32,000 nt of DNA from the NCBI GenBank assembly GCA_964565725.1, contig CAZMGA010000001.1, positions 17,620 to 49,619 of the forward strand, read 5' to 3'. The notes beneath the pieces were generated by a model. The model did no database searches and had not been told where the DNA came from. It was given only the letters and a program-made list of their open reading frames with translations. This document shows positions 14,801 through 23,621 of this stretch, piece after piece. Source of the DNA: an uncultured archaeon (GTDB lineage Archaea > Iainarchaeota > Iainarchaeia > Iainarchaeales > 0-14-0-20-30-16). Positions within the stretch are counted from its first letter, which is position 1. The number at the start of each line of letters is the position of its first letter. The position numbers and the translations under genes are program-made.

Positions 14801-15904
14801 TTAAGGTATAATTTCCGCTCCATTATATTTTAAATAATGAAAATCTTTTTTAGAAAGAATTTTCGCATTTATTAGTTTTTTTATTAGTTTTGTATTTTTT
14901 TGTAATTCCTCTATTAAAAAAATAGTATTTTTACAAAGTTGCTTTTTTTCATTTTTTGGCCAAGGGTTAAGAATATTTGAATATAAACATCTAGTTCCAC
15001 ACAAATTTAAATATTTACATTTTTTACAGTCATTAGGAACAAAAACAAGTTTTTTTATTTTTGTATTTTTATTTATATCTCCTAAATAATAATTTTTCAT
15101 ACCTGCCATTATTGGACAAGGAATAACTTTTCCATCAGTTTGGATTGTAAAATTTCCAAATCCTGCGCCACACATTAATTTAGTTTTTCTTTCGTACAAT
15201 AAGTTATTTATTATCCCTATAAAAGGATAAATTTTTATAATTTTTCCTTTTTTTAAATTTTGTATCCAAAAATCAATTAATTTTTTTAAATTTGGAATAT
15301 AATTTTCATTTGAAAATTTTTCAAAATTTCTTTTTTTGTAGTCGTTAAACCAGAAATTAGCATCTAATTGCCAATGAATTGAAGAAAATAATTTTGTATT
15401 TAATAAATGTTTTACATTTTTGTAAATGTTTTGATTTAAAATAGTCATTCTTGCTGTAATTTCCTTTTTGTAGCCTAGGTTTTTAATATAATTTATATTT
15501 TCTATGATTGTATCATAGGTTTTTTCACCCCTATATTTAGAAGTAATTGATTTATTTCCATCTATAGATATGAAAATACTTTCAAAATATTTTAGGTATT
15601 CTTTTTTTATTTTATTTAAAAAAATTCCATTTGTTTGTAGTATATATTTTACATTTAAATCTTTCAAAAAATCTATCGTTTTTTCCATTTGAGGTATGTT
15701 TAATAGTGGCTCTCCTCCATAAAAAATAACATAAGGGTTTTTTTCTTTTCTTAAAACATTTTTTAATTTTTTTAAATCATATTTTATATTATTTGATATT
15801 TCACAAATGGGTTCTGGAAAATCATCTGGTTCATTAAAAGCTTGTTCTCCACAATATTTACAGTTTAAATTACAATTATTTGTTAAAATTAAAAAATAAA
15901 TCAT
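14801..15904 (-). CDS. Radical SAM enzyme with a C-terminal SPASM domain (protein/peptide-modifying maturase type), substrate unknown
   Basis: N-terminal CNLNCKYC (Cx3Cx2C). C-terminal CGAGFGNFTIQTDGKVIPC ... CKKCKYLNLCGTRC (Cx2Cx5Cx3C) ... C, which is a full 7-Cys SPASM pattern. Confidence 0.85.
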   Translation of the reverse strand: MIYFLILTNNCNLNCKYCGEQAFNEPDDFPEPICEISNNIKYDLKKLKNVLRKEKNPYVIFYGGEPLLNIPQMEKTIDFLKDLNVKYILQTNGIFLNKIKKEYLKYFESIFISIDGNKSITSKYRGEKTYDTIIENINYIKNLGYKKEITARMTILNQNIYKNVKHLLNTKLFSSIHWQLDANFWFNDYKKRNFEKFSNENYIPNLKKLIDFWIQNLKKGKIIKIYPFIGIINNLLYERKTKLMCGAGFGNFTIQTDGKVIPCPIMAGMKNYYLGDINKNTKIKKLVFVPNDCKKCKYLNLCGTRCLYSNILNPWPKNEKKQLCKNTIFLIEELQKNTKLIKKLINAKILSKKDFHYLKYNGAEIIP

Positions 15905-15917
15905 TTTATCACTAAAA

Positions 15918-16853
15918 CTAAAAATACTTTTTATATATTTTTAAAAGGTTTGTAAAGTTAATAACTGGTAAATAATAGTTTCTATGATCATCTGTTATTC
16001 TAGGACAAGCCGTATTAATTAAAAAATTTATACCCAAACCAATTAATTTATTTTCATTAATTTCATTACCATAAATAATAATTGCTTCTTTATTTATTTT
16101 ATTTATTTTTTTAACTAAGTCTTCTGCGATTTTTATTTTATTTTGACCTAACTTAGAACTTACATATATACCTATAACTTTACTTTGTAAAAACAAAGCG
16201 TCATAATTTATAATTTTTTTAGAATTTATTTCTTCAAAGTTATTATTAAAGTCATATTTATATGCTTTAACACTTTGTAAAGCATTAAAATGAAAATTTC
16301 CATCCCCTAAATAAATTATAGCATCTAACTTTTTTGATATTTTTTCAACATTAGAACAATCACAACCCAAAATTTGACCTATTTTTAATTTGTTGTTTTC
16401 TTTTCCTAAAACTACGTCCAACTTTTTGTGTTTTTTTAATTCTTTAACAATTTCGAAAATAAAATTATTATATTGTATTGGGCCTACAATAGTTATTTTT
16501 TTCTTTGCAAATTTTTTTTCGATATCTTTAATTGTTTTTTCTATATCCTCTTTATCAAAAATGTAATAACAAGGCCAATAAATTATTTTTTCTTTTGTGT
16601 TTATAAATTTAGTATGCCCAAAGTGAATAATTGCCTCGCAGTTTGCTTTTTTTAAATCTGTTTCATAAATATCACAAGCTCCAAAAGTAGTATCTATAGA
16701 TAAAACAAATTCTTTTTTTGTATCTTTCAAGCTATGTAAAATATGTAGATATTTGTGTTTTAAACCCTCGGGTAATTCTATTAAAAATCTTTTTTCCTTT
16801 TTTCTTTTTAAAACTTCTTTTAGTTCTTTTAATTGTAAATCTAATTGTAACAT
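15918..16853 (-). CDS. dph2: Diphthamide biosynthesis enzyme Dph2 (2-(3-amino-3-carboxypropyl)histidine synthase)
   Basis: RFLIELPEGL, TFGACDI, IIHFGHT, ILGCDCS and NTACPRITDD are typical of archaeal Dph2. ATG at 16853 is preferred over the TTG at 16862. Confidence 0.85.
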   Translation of the reverse strand: MLQLDLQLKELKEVLKRKKEKRFLIELPEGLKHKYLHILHSLKDTKKEFVLSIDTTFGACDIYETDLKKANCEAIIHFGHTKFINTKEKIIYWPCYYIFDKEDIEKTIKDIEKKFAKKKITIVGPIQYNNFIFEIVKELKKHKKLDVVLGKENNKLKIGQILGCDCSNVEKISKKLDAIIYLGDGNFHFNALQSVKAYKYDFNNNFEEINSKKIINYDALFLQSKVIGIYVSSKLGQNKIKIAEDLVKKINKINKEAIIIYGNEINENKLIGLGINFLINTACPRITDDHRNYYLPVINFTNLLKIYKKYF

Positions 16854-16919
16854 AAATATCAATATATAATATTTATATTAAAAGTATAAATAGTTTTTGC
16901 TATAAAAAAAATAAAAAAG

Positions 16920-19202
16920 TTAGAAACTTTTATCTTTTAAGTTTCTATTTCTTATTGAATCTAATATTAATTCTCTTTCAGCTATATATACTGTTTCTCT
17001 TATTTTATCCACAGCATCTATATTTGCAGATATACTTTCTATTCCAAGACCTACCAATATTTTTACCATTTCTGGGTTTGAACCTGCTTGTCCACATATG
17101 GATGTTCTAATACCTTTTTGTCTACACGCGTTAATTACGTGTGCAATTTGTTTTAATATTGCAGGATGAAATTCAGTAAACCATTTTTGAATTTTTTCAT
17201 TGTTTCTATCTAAACCCAAAGTTAATTGTGTTAAATCATTAGTGCCAAAACTTACAAAATCAATTTTTTCTTTTATGTATTCTTCTATAGTTAAAGAACA
17301 ACCTGGTGTTTCAACCATAATTCCAAAAAAACAATCTTTGTGAGGATTTAATCCTACTTCTTTAGCTATTTTTTTAGCTTCTATATATTCTTGTACATTT
17401 TGTGTAAATGGAATCATTATTCCTATATTTTTATAACCTTTCAAAATCATATTTTTAATTGCTCTAAATTGTACTTTTAACATTTCTGGTTCATCTAAGT
17501 CTCTTCTTATTCCGTGCCAACCTAACATGGGATTATCTTCTTTTGGTTCTTCTTTTCCACCTTTTAAGTTAATATATTCATCAGTTCTTGCATCAAAGGT
17601 TCTATAATATACTGGTAAATCTTTAAAATATTTTAATATTTTTTCCAATTCTGATTCTAAAATTGTTTGTAATTCTTTTGATTTATTTGTATGTATCATA
17701 TGATATGGATGTTCTTTTGAAATAGTTAAAATATGTTCTGCTCTCATCAATCCAATACCGTCAGGATTTGTTAAAGATGCTTTTTCAGCAGCGTCGCTAA
17801 AAGCCAAATTTACTTTAACCTTTGTGGAAGTAATAAATGAAGTTGTTTGTGCTTTTTTTAACTCTTTTTTTTCTAAAGTTATTTTATTATCTATAATTCC
17901 GTCATATACTTTTCCCTTTGTAGCGTCGACACTTACTAATTGATCTTCTTTTAAGATTTTAGTTGCAACCTCTGTTCCTACAATTGCAGGAATTCCCAAT
18001 TCTCTTGAAACTATTGCTGCGTGACAAGTTATTCCACCTTCATCAGTAATAATTGCTGCTGCTTTTTTCATTTGAGGAACCATATCAGGAGTAGTCATTT
18101 TTGTAACCATTATATCCTTATCTTTTATTTTATTTAGTTCCTTCAAACTTTTTATTATTCTTACAGGGCCTGTCGCAAAACCTACACTGGCGCCTAACCC
18201 ACGTAATATAGATTTTTGTTTGATTTCTTCTTCTTGTGATTTTAAATTATTTTTTAAATTCAAAGTGGTAATGGGTCTTGATTGTACAATATACAATATA
18301 TCTTTTTCAATAGCCCATTCTAAATCTTGGGGTTTTTTGTAATGCTCTTCAATTGCTTGCCCTATTTTTGCATATTTTAAAATAATTTCATCAGAAATTT
18401 TTTGTTTGTCTTGTAATTTTTTTGGAACATTTTCTTTTTTATTTCCTGTTTTATCTTTTATTAATTGCCAAGTTTGTTTTGCTATTGTTTTTGAGGTTAT
18501 TTGCCAAGTCTTTTTATTCACTATATATGTATCTGGAGTTATACTTCCAGAAACAATTGTTTCTCCTAAACCATATACCGCTTCTATAACTATTTCATTA
18601 AGATTATTTGTTATAGGATTAGCACTAAACATAATTCCCGAAACAAAAGATTCTACTTGTTTTTGAACAACTACTGCTAATTTAACTTTTTCTATTGGAA
18701 AATTTTGTTTTCGTCTATAAAATATAGCTCTAGGATTAAATAAAGAAGCCCAACATTTTTTTACATTTAATAATAATTCTGATTCTCCAAATATATTCAA
18801 ATAAGTATCTTGTTGTCCGGCAAAACTTGCGGAGGGTAAATCTTCTGCTGTTGCTGAACTTCTTACAGCAATTAAACATTTTCCTAATTTTTTATAAGCA
18901 TTTAATATTTCTTCTTCTAAATTTTTACTTATAGGTTTAGATAAAATTAATTCTTTTATTTGTTTTGATTTTGTGTTTAATTCATTAATATCATTTACAT
19001 TAATATTTTTTTCAATATTTTCAATAGTTTTTAAAATGCTATTTTCTATTGCATTTTTAGCATATGCAAAAGAAGTTACTACAAAACCATTAGGTATAGG
19101 AAAATTATTATTATACATTTCTCCTAAGTTTGCTCCTTTTCCTCCAACTTCTGGAATTTGGTCTTTATTTATTTCTTCAAACCACAAAATATTTTTACTC
19201 AT
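16920..19202 (-). CDS. ppsA: Phosphoenolpyruvate synthase (pyruvate, water dikinase)
   Basis: N-terminal ATP-grasp VGGKGANLGEM. Swivel domain GGITCHAAIVSRELGIPAIVG (phospho-His). C-terminal PEP-utilising barrel FVSFGTNDLTQLTLGLDRNN and ICGQAGS. GGTGGT ribosome-binding site before the ATG. Confidence 0.93.
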   Translation of the reverse strand: MSKNILWFEEINKDQIPEVGGKGANLGEMYNNNFPIPNGFVVTSFAYAKNAIENSILKTIENIEKNINVNDINELNTKSKQIKELILSKPISKNLEEEILNAYKKLGKCLIAVRSSATAEDLPSASFAGQQDTYLNIFGESELLLNVKKCWASLFNPRAIFYRRKQNFPIEKVKLAVVVQKQVESFVSGIMFSANPITNNLNEIVIEAVYGLGETIVSGSITPDTYIVNKKTWQITSKTIAKQTWQLIKDKTGNKKENVPKKLQDKQKISDEIILKYAKIGQAIEEHYKKPQDLEWAIEKDILYIVQSRPITTLNLKNNLKSQEEEIKQKSILRGLGASVGFATGPVRIIKSLKELNKIKDKDIMVTKMTTPDMVPQMKKAAAIITDEGGITCHAAIVSRELGIPAIVGTEVATKILKEDQLVSVDATKGKVYDGIIDNKITLEKKELKKAQTTSFITSTKVKVNLAFSDAAEKASLTNPDGIGLMRAEHILTISKEHPYHMIHTNKSKELQTILESELEKILKYFKDLPVYYRTFDARTDEYINLKGGKEEPKEDNPMLGWHGIRRDLDEPEMLKVQFRAIKNMILKGYKNIGIMIPFTQNVQEYIEAKKIAKEVGLNPHKDCFFGIMVETPGCSLTIEEYIKEKIDFVSFGTNDLTQLTLGLDRNNEKIQKWFTEFHPAILKQIAHVINACRQKGIRTSICGQAGSNPEMVKILVGLGIESISANIDAVDKIRETVYIAERELILDSIRNRNLKDKSF

Positions 19203-19210
19203 TAAACCAC

Positions 19211-19957
19211 CTATTCTATATAATCATCAATATTTTTTATTTTTATACCTTTATCTGAAATTTCCATTGGGTGTATTTCACTCGAATGTTTTGTAGCCCT
19301 CATTTTTCTAATTAACATTGTTCTATTTATTCCTTGTATTCCTGTATCTAAATATTTTAATACAAAAACCCCATCAGCAACAAATTCTTCAACACCATAT
19401 TTACTATATTTTTTAGTTTCTTGATCTAATTCTGTAATCAATAAAGCTGTAAGTCCTAGTTTAGAAAATACATATACCATTTCTAAAATAGCCTCTCTAA
19501 TTTCATCATTTTGTTTAAAATAAATACCCATAGTTGCAATTGAATCCAATACAATTCTTTTTGCACCTGTTTGTTTTACTAATCTAACTATTTCTAAAAG
19601 AAGTTTTTTATAATCAAAACTATTTTGACTAAATTCATATTCTTCATTTGTAGTAATTCCTAATCTTGTAACTGTAACATCTAACATAAGTAATTTATGT
19701 TCGTCTTCCATTCTTTTTAAATCCCAACCAAATTTTAACATATCTTGTCTTATTAAATCTGGTCTTTCATCTAAACTTACATATATTCCGGGCTCACCAT
19801 AAAGATATGCCCCATTATATAAAAATTGAGTTGCAAAAATTGTTTTTCCAGCACCTGTTGCACCAGAAACTAAAAAAGTTCTATTTTGAGGTAATCCATT
19901 TTCAATTAATTCATCTAACCCAGGGATTCCACTAGGAATTCTGTTTATTACATCCAT
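19211..19957 (-). CDS. KaiC-like / RecA-superfamily ATPase (single domain)
   Basis: IPSGIPGLDELIENGLPQNRTFLVSGATGAGKTIFATQFLYNG (Walker A), Walker B-like RIVLDSI. GGAGG ribosome-binding site 7 nt upstream of the ATG. Confidence 0.85.
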   Translation of the reverse strand: MDVINRIPSGIPGLDELIENGLPQNRTFLVSGATGAGKTIFATQFLYNGAYLYGEPGIYVSLDERPDLIRQDMLKFGWDLKRMEDEHKLLMLDVTVTRLGITTNEEYEFSQNSFDYKKLLLEIVRLVKQTGAKRIVLDSIATMGIYFKQNDEIREAILEMVYVFSKLGLTALLITELDQETKKYSKYGVEEFVADGVFVLKYLDTGIQGINRTMLIRKMRATKHSSEIHPMEISDKGIKIKNIDDYIE

Positions 19958-20031
19958 CAGAATGCCTCCAATATAATAATCAATTTATAAACATTTTATA
20001 ATATGTATTACATATATAAAAAGGTATTGTT

Positions 20032-20868
20032 ATGAATAATGAAATAGAAATTGATATAAATAAACCAATTAATAATAGCGCTCAAGAATATTATTCACAA
20101 TACAAAAAAATGAAACAAAAATTAGAAGGATTAAATTCAGCAATTGAAATGATGGAAAATAAATTTAAAACAATAGAAAATAAAAAAATAATTGTTAAAG
20201 AAGTTGTAGAAAAAAAGAAATTGGCATGGTATGAAAAATATCATTGGTGTTTTTCTAGAAATAATTTTTTGATTATTGCTGGCAAAGATTCAACATCAAA
20301 TGAATTGTTGGTTAAAAATTATTTAGAAAAAGATGACTTATTATTTCATAGTACTATTCAAGGATCTGCACATGTAATTATTAAAAATGGGCAGAAAGCT
20401 GAAAAAGAAGATTTAGAGGATTGTGCCTTGTTTGCTGCAATATTTTCTAAAGCATGGAATTTGGGTTTTTCTAGTGTAGATGTTTTTTTTGTAGAACCTA
20501 ATCAAGTTTCAAAAACTGCTGAATCTGGAGAATATTTATCCAAAGGAGCTTTTGTTATAAGAGGAGAAAAAAATTTTTTTAAAAAAATAAAAATGGAAGC
20601 ATATTTAGGAATAGTAGATATAAATAAATTAGATTCGAATTATTTTGGAAAACGTGTTTTTATAGGATCAAATGAGTTATTAAAATCTAAAAATATAAAT
20701 CAGATTTTAGGTATAATCCCCGGAAAAGAAAAAAAAGGAGCTATTGCAAAATATATACTTAAAAATATGCCTAAGGAAAATCAAAAAGAAATTTCTTTAG
20801 ATGAAATTGTTCAAGCTCTACCCCCTGGAACAATGGAAATTATAAAAGAAAAAAAGAAAAAAAATTAA
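20032..20868 (+). CDS. NFACT-R (DUF814) domain protein: C-terminal half of a NEMF/Rqc2/RqcH-type ribosome quality-control factor
   Basis: N-terminal helix INNSAQEYYSQYKKMKQKLEGL..., then WYEKYHWCFSRNNFLIIAGKDSTSNELLVKNYLEKDDLLFHSTIQGSAHVIIKNG, the hallmark NFACT-R block. Confidence 0.8.
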   Translation: MNNEIEIDINKPINNSAQEYYSQYKKMKQKLEGLNSAIEMMENKFKTIENKKIIVKEVVEKKKLAWYEKYHWCFSRNNFLIIAGKDSTSNELLVKNYLEKDDLLFHSTIQGSAHVIIKNGQKAEKEDLEDCALFAAIFSKAWNLGFSSVDVFFVEPNQVSKTAESGEYLSKGAFVIRGEKNFFKKIKMEAYLGIVDINKLDSNYFGKRVFIGSNELLKSKNINQILGIIPGKEKKGAIAKYILKNMPKENQKEISLDEIVQALPPGTMEIIKEKKKKN

Positions 20869-21458
20869 CTATTTAGTTCTCTTAATATTTTTTTTAAATT
20901 TAAGTCATACATTTTACAAACATCTTTTAATAATAATTTATCCATTTCATATTTTGCATGAGAACAAGATAAACAAGGTACGTTATTATCAAACAAAATT
21001 TTAATATTTTTTTTATTTTTTAAAATATCTTTTAATGTTGTGTTTTCGTTAATTTTTTTTATAGTTTTTTTTTCCTTAATTATCGTTTTATTTTTATTTT
21101 TTTCTTTGTATTCTTTAATTGCTTTTTTTAACGCGTCTATAGACATCATAGAACAATGATATTTTATTTTTGGCATATCTCCCAGTTCATTTATAATACT
21201 TTTATAATTTAATTTTTCTGCTTCGTTTATTGTTTTTCCTTTAACTATATTACATAAAGTATCAGATGAAGCTATTGCTGCAATACACCCATATGTTTCA
21301 ATTTTCACATCTTTTATTATGTTATTTTTTATTTTTAAATAAATACGCATCATATCTCCACATTTTATATTTCCTGTTTCGCCTATTGCGTCTGCGTTTT
21401 TTATTTTGCCTAAATTTTTAGTGTTTTTAAAAACATTAATTACTTTTTTTGAATACAT
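20865..21458 (-). CDS. iscU: IscU/NifU-type Fe-S scaffold fused to a small C-terminal CxxC domain (DUF1858-like)
   Basis: Three scaffold Cys contexts (NIKCGDMM, TYGCIAAIASS, KYHCSMM). The C-terminal ~60 aa has VPCLSCSH and resembles the small redox-disulfide domain family. Confidence 0.85.
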   Translation of the reverse strand: MYSKKVINVFKNTKNLGKIKNADAIGETGNIKCGDMMRIYLKIKNNIIKDVKIETYGCIAAIASSDTLCNIVKGKTINEAEKLNYKSIINELGDMPKIKYHCSMMSIDALKKAIKEYKEKNKNKTIIKEKKTIKKINENTTLKDILKNKKNIKILFDNNVPCLSCSHAKYEMDKLLLKDVCKMYDLNLKKILRELNS

Positions 21459-22614
21459 TATTTATCACCTTATATATTGGAGAAAAACTTCTTAACTTTT
21501 TTAAAATTTCAGGTATTTTTTTAATAATTAAATCTATTTCTTCATAAGTAGTATATTTACTTAAAGTTAATCTTAAACTTCCATTAGCCTCTTCATTACT
21601 TCTACCAATTTCTTTTAGAACATAACTTGGTTCTAATTTTATAGATGAACATGCAGAACCTGTTGAAGAACAAATTCCAAAACTATCCAAATATCCTCCT
21701 ACTGCTTCTCCTTCTACGCCTTTAAAAGAAACATTTACATTATTACAAAGTCTATTTTTTTTTGGTCCATTTAAAATAACACCTGGATTTTTTAATAATT
21801 CCTCGATCAATTTGTCTCTTAATTTTTCTATTTTTTTAAAATCGGTTTTATTTGCAATTTCTACAGCTTTTGCAAAACCTACTATCGCAGGAATATTTTC
21901 AGTTCCAGCTCTAAGTCCAAATTCGTGTGCACCACCATGTTGCCAAGATTTTATTTTTGTACCTTTTTTAATATATAATGCTCCAATTCCTTTTGGTCCA
22001 TGAATTTTATGTGCGTTAATACTTAACAAATCAATATTTATTTTTTTAACATCAATATTTATTTTAGTATAACTTTGACATGCGTCACTATGAAATAAAA
22101 CATTTTTTTCTTTACAAATTTTGCCTATTTCTTCTAAATTCATTATTGTTCCTATTTCATTATTTCCATGAATTATTGATACTAGTATTGTTTTTTTATT
22201 AATCGCATTTTTTAAATCATTTAAATTAATAAATCCTTCTTCATTTACATTTAAATATGTAATTTCAAAGCCTTGTGTTTCTAACCACTTACAAATATTT
22301 AATATACTTTTATGTTCTACCTTTGTAGTGATTATATGATTACCTTTGTGCCTATTTTCAAAAGCAATTGCCTTTAAAGCAAAATTATTGCTTTCTGTTC
22401 CTCCAGAGGTAAATATTATTTCTTCTGATTTTGCATTTAAAGATTTAGCGATACCTTCTCTAGCTTTTTCTAATGCGATTTTTGCGGTTAATCCTTTTTT
22501 ATGTATTGAAGATGCATTACCATATTCATCTTCCAAATAAGGAATCATAGCCTTTAAAACAGCATCATCAATTTTTGTAGTTGCTCCATTATCCAAATAA
22601 ATTATTTTGTTCAT
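21436..22614 (-). CDS. iscS: Cysteine desulfurase (NifS/IscS class)
   Basis: IYLDNGATT, SINAHKIHGPKGIGALY (PLP Lys) and SSTGSACSS (catalytic Cys loop). Its ATG overlaps the upstream ArsR stop as ATGA. Confidence 0.93.
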   Translation of the reverse strand: MNKIIYLDNGATTKIDDAVLKAMIPYLEDEYGNASSIHKKGLTAKIALEKAREGIAKSLNAKSEEIIFTSGGTESNNFALKAIAFENRHKGNHIITTKVEHKSILNICKWLETQGFEITYLNVNEEGFINLNDLKNAINKKTILVSIIHGNNEIGTIMNLEEIGKICKEKNVLFHSDACQSYTKINIDVKKINIDLLSINAHKIHGPKGIGALYIKKGTKIKSWQHGGAHEFGLRAGTENIPAIVGFAKAVEIANKTDFKKIEKLRDKLIEELLKNPGVILNGPKKNRLCNNVNVSFKGVEGEAVGGYLDSFGICSSTGSACSSIKLEPSYVLKEIGRSNEEANGSLRLTLSKYTTYEEIDLIIKKIPEILKKLRSFSPIYKVINNVFKKSN

Positions 22615-22922
22615 TTAATACCCTCTTTTAATTTACAAGTTTTACAATAATTTTGTAAAATATTTTTTTCATAAATATTTAATATTGTTGAAGTAAACTT
22701 TTTGTTTAAATAATAAACATTTTTTTTCCCATCTCTTTTTACAAAAACAAAATTACAATTTAATAATCTTTTTAAATTATGAGATACTAAACTTTGTTCG
22801 TAATTTAAAGAGTTTGTAATAGTTTTAACATCACAAGGCTTTTCTTTTAATAATAACATAATATTTAATCTAGTTTTGTTTGCAAAATTCAAGAAAAAAG
22901 CGTCGCATTTACATTTATTCAT
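22611..22922 (-). CDS. ArsR/SmtB-family winged-helix transcriptional regulator, Cys-rich
   Basis: NKTRLNIMLLLKEKPCDVKTITNSLNYEQSLVSHNLKRLLNCNFVFVKRDGKKNVYYLN is an ArsR HTH pattern. Six Cys residues, including an N-terminal CKC and a C-terminal CKTC. Confidence 0.8.
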   Translation of the reverse strand: MNKCKCDAFFLNFANKTRLNIMLLLKEKPCDVKTITNSLNYEQSLVSHNLKRLLNCNFVFVKRDGKKNVYYLNKKFTSTILNIYEKNILQNYCKTCKLKEGIK

Positions 22923-23589
22923 ATGAAATATAATTCATATGTTTATATAAACCTATTTTTTTGCAAAATTTATTTATGGGGCAAATATTACATTTTGGAT
23001 TTCTAGGTAAACAAATATTTTGCCCTAAAACAACAAAATATAAATTAGTTTTATTCCAAAATTTTTTGGGCAAAATTTTTTTTAAGGTCATTTCGGTTTC
23101 TAAAACATTTTTTGTATTTATTATACCTAATCTATTAAATATTTTATGAACGTGAGTATCCACGCAAACAGCATCAATAGAGTAAGCAACACTCAAAACT
23201 AAATTTGCTGTTTTTCTTCCTACTCCTGGCAAAGTAATAAGTTCTTCAATTGTTTTTGGAACTTTATTTTTAAATTGTTTTATAGATAGAGGTAAACTTT
23301 TCAAATGTTTTGCTTTAGTTTTATAAAAACCAACTCTGTAAATTATTTTTTCTAAGTCTTTTAAAGAAATATTATTTAAGTCTTTAAAGTTTTTAACTTT
23401 CATGAATAATTTATCGCAAACCTCTGCAGTAATTTTATCTTTGGTTCTTGCACTTAATATAGTACTTATTAAAACAAAAAAAGGATCTTTGGTTTTAATT
23501 TGAATTTGTTCTGCTAATGGCTTTGGATATTTTTTTAATTCCTTCCCTAAAATTTTATAAATGTTATTTATTTTTTGTAAAGCTTGCAT
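22915..23589 (-). CDS. nth: Endonuclease III (Nth), HhH-GPD DNA glycosylase with a 4Fe-4S cluster
   Basis: ILSARTKD, LPGVGRKTANLVL, VDTHVHKI, and the Cx6Cx2Cx5C cluster loop CLPRNPKCNICPINKFC. Confidence 0.92.
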   Translation of the reverse strand: MQALQKINNIYKILGKELKKYPKPLAEQIQIKTKDPFFVLISTILSARTKDKITAEVCDKLFMKVKNFKDLNNISLKDLEKIIYRVGFYKTKAKHLKSLPLSIKQFKNKVPKTIEELITLPGVGRKTANLVLSVAYSIDAVCVDTHVHKIFNRLGIINTKNVLETEMTLKKILPKKFWNKTNLYFVVLGQNICLPRNPKCNICPINKFCKKIGLYKHMNYISYE

Positions 23590-23621
23590 AATTATATAAA
23601 AACAAATAGTATTAATTAATT

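Noticed and set aside
17226-17250. A 25-nt exact DNA repeat (TTGTGTTAAATCATTAGTGCCAAAA) shared with 25595-25619.
   Set aside because: Both copies encode the conserved FGTNDLTQ motif of the paralogous PpsA and PPDK barrels on the minus strand. Identical codon choice in a strongly biased genome explains it, so it is neither a mobile nor a regulatory repeat.
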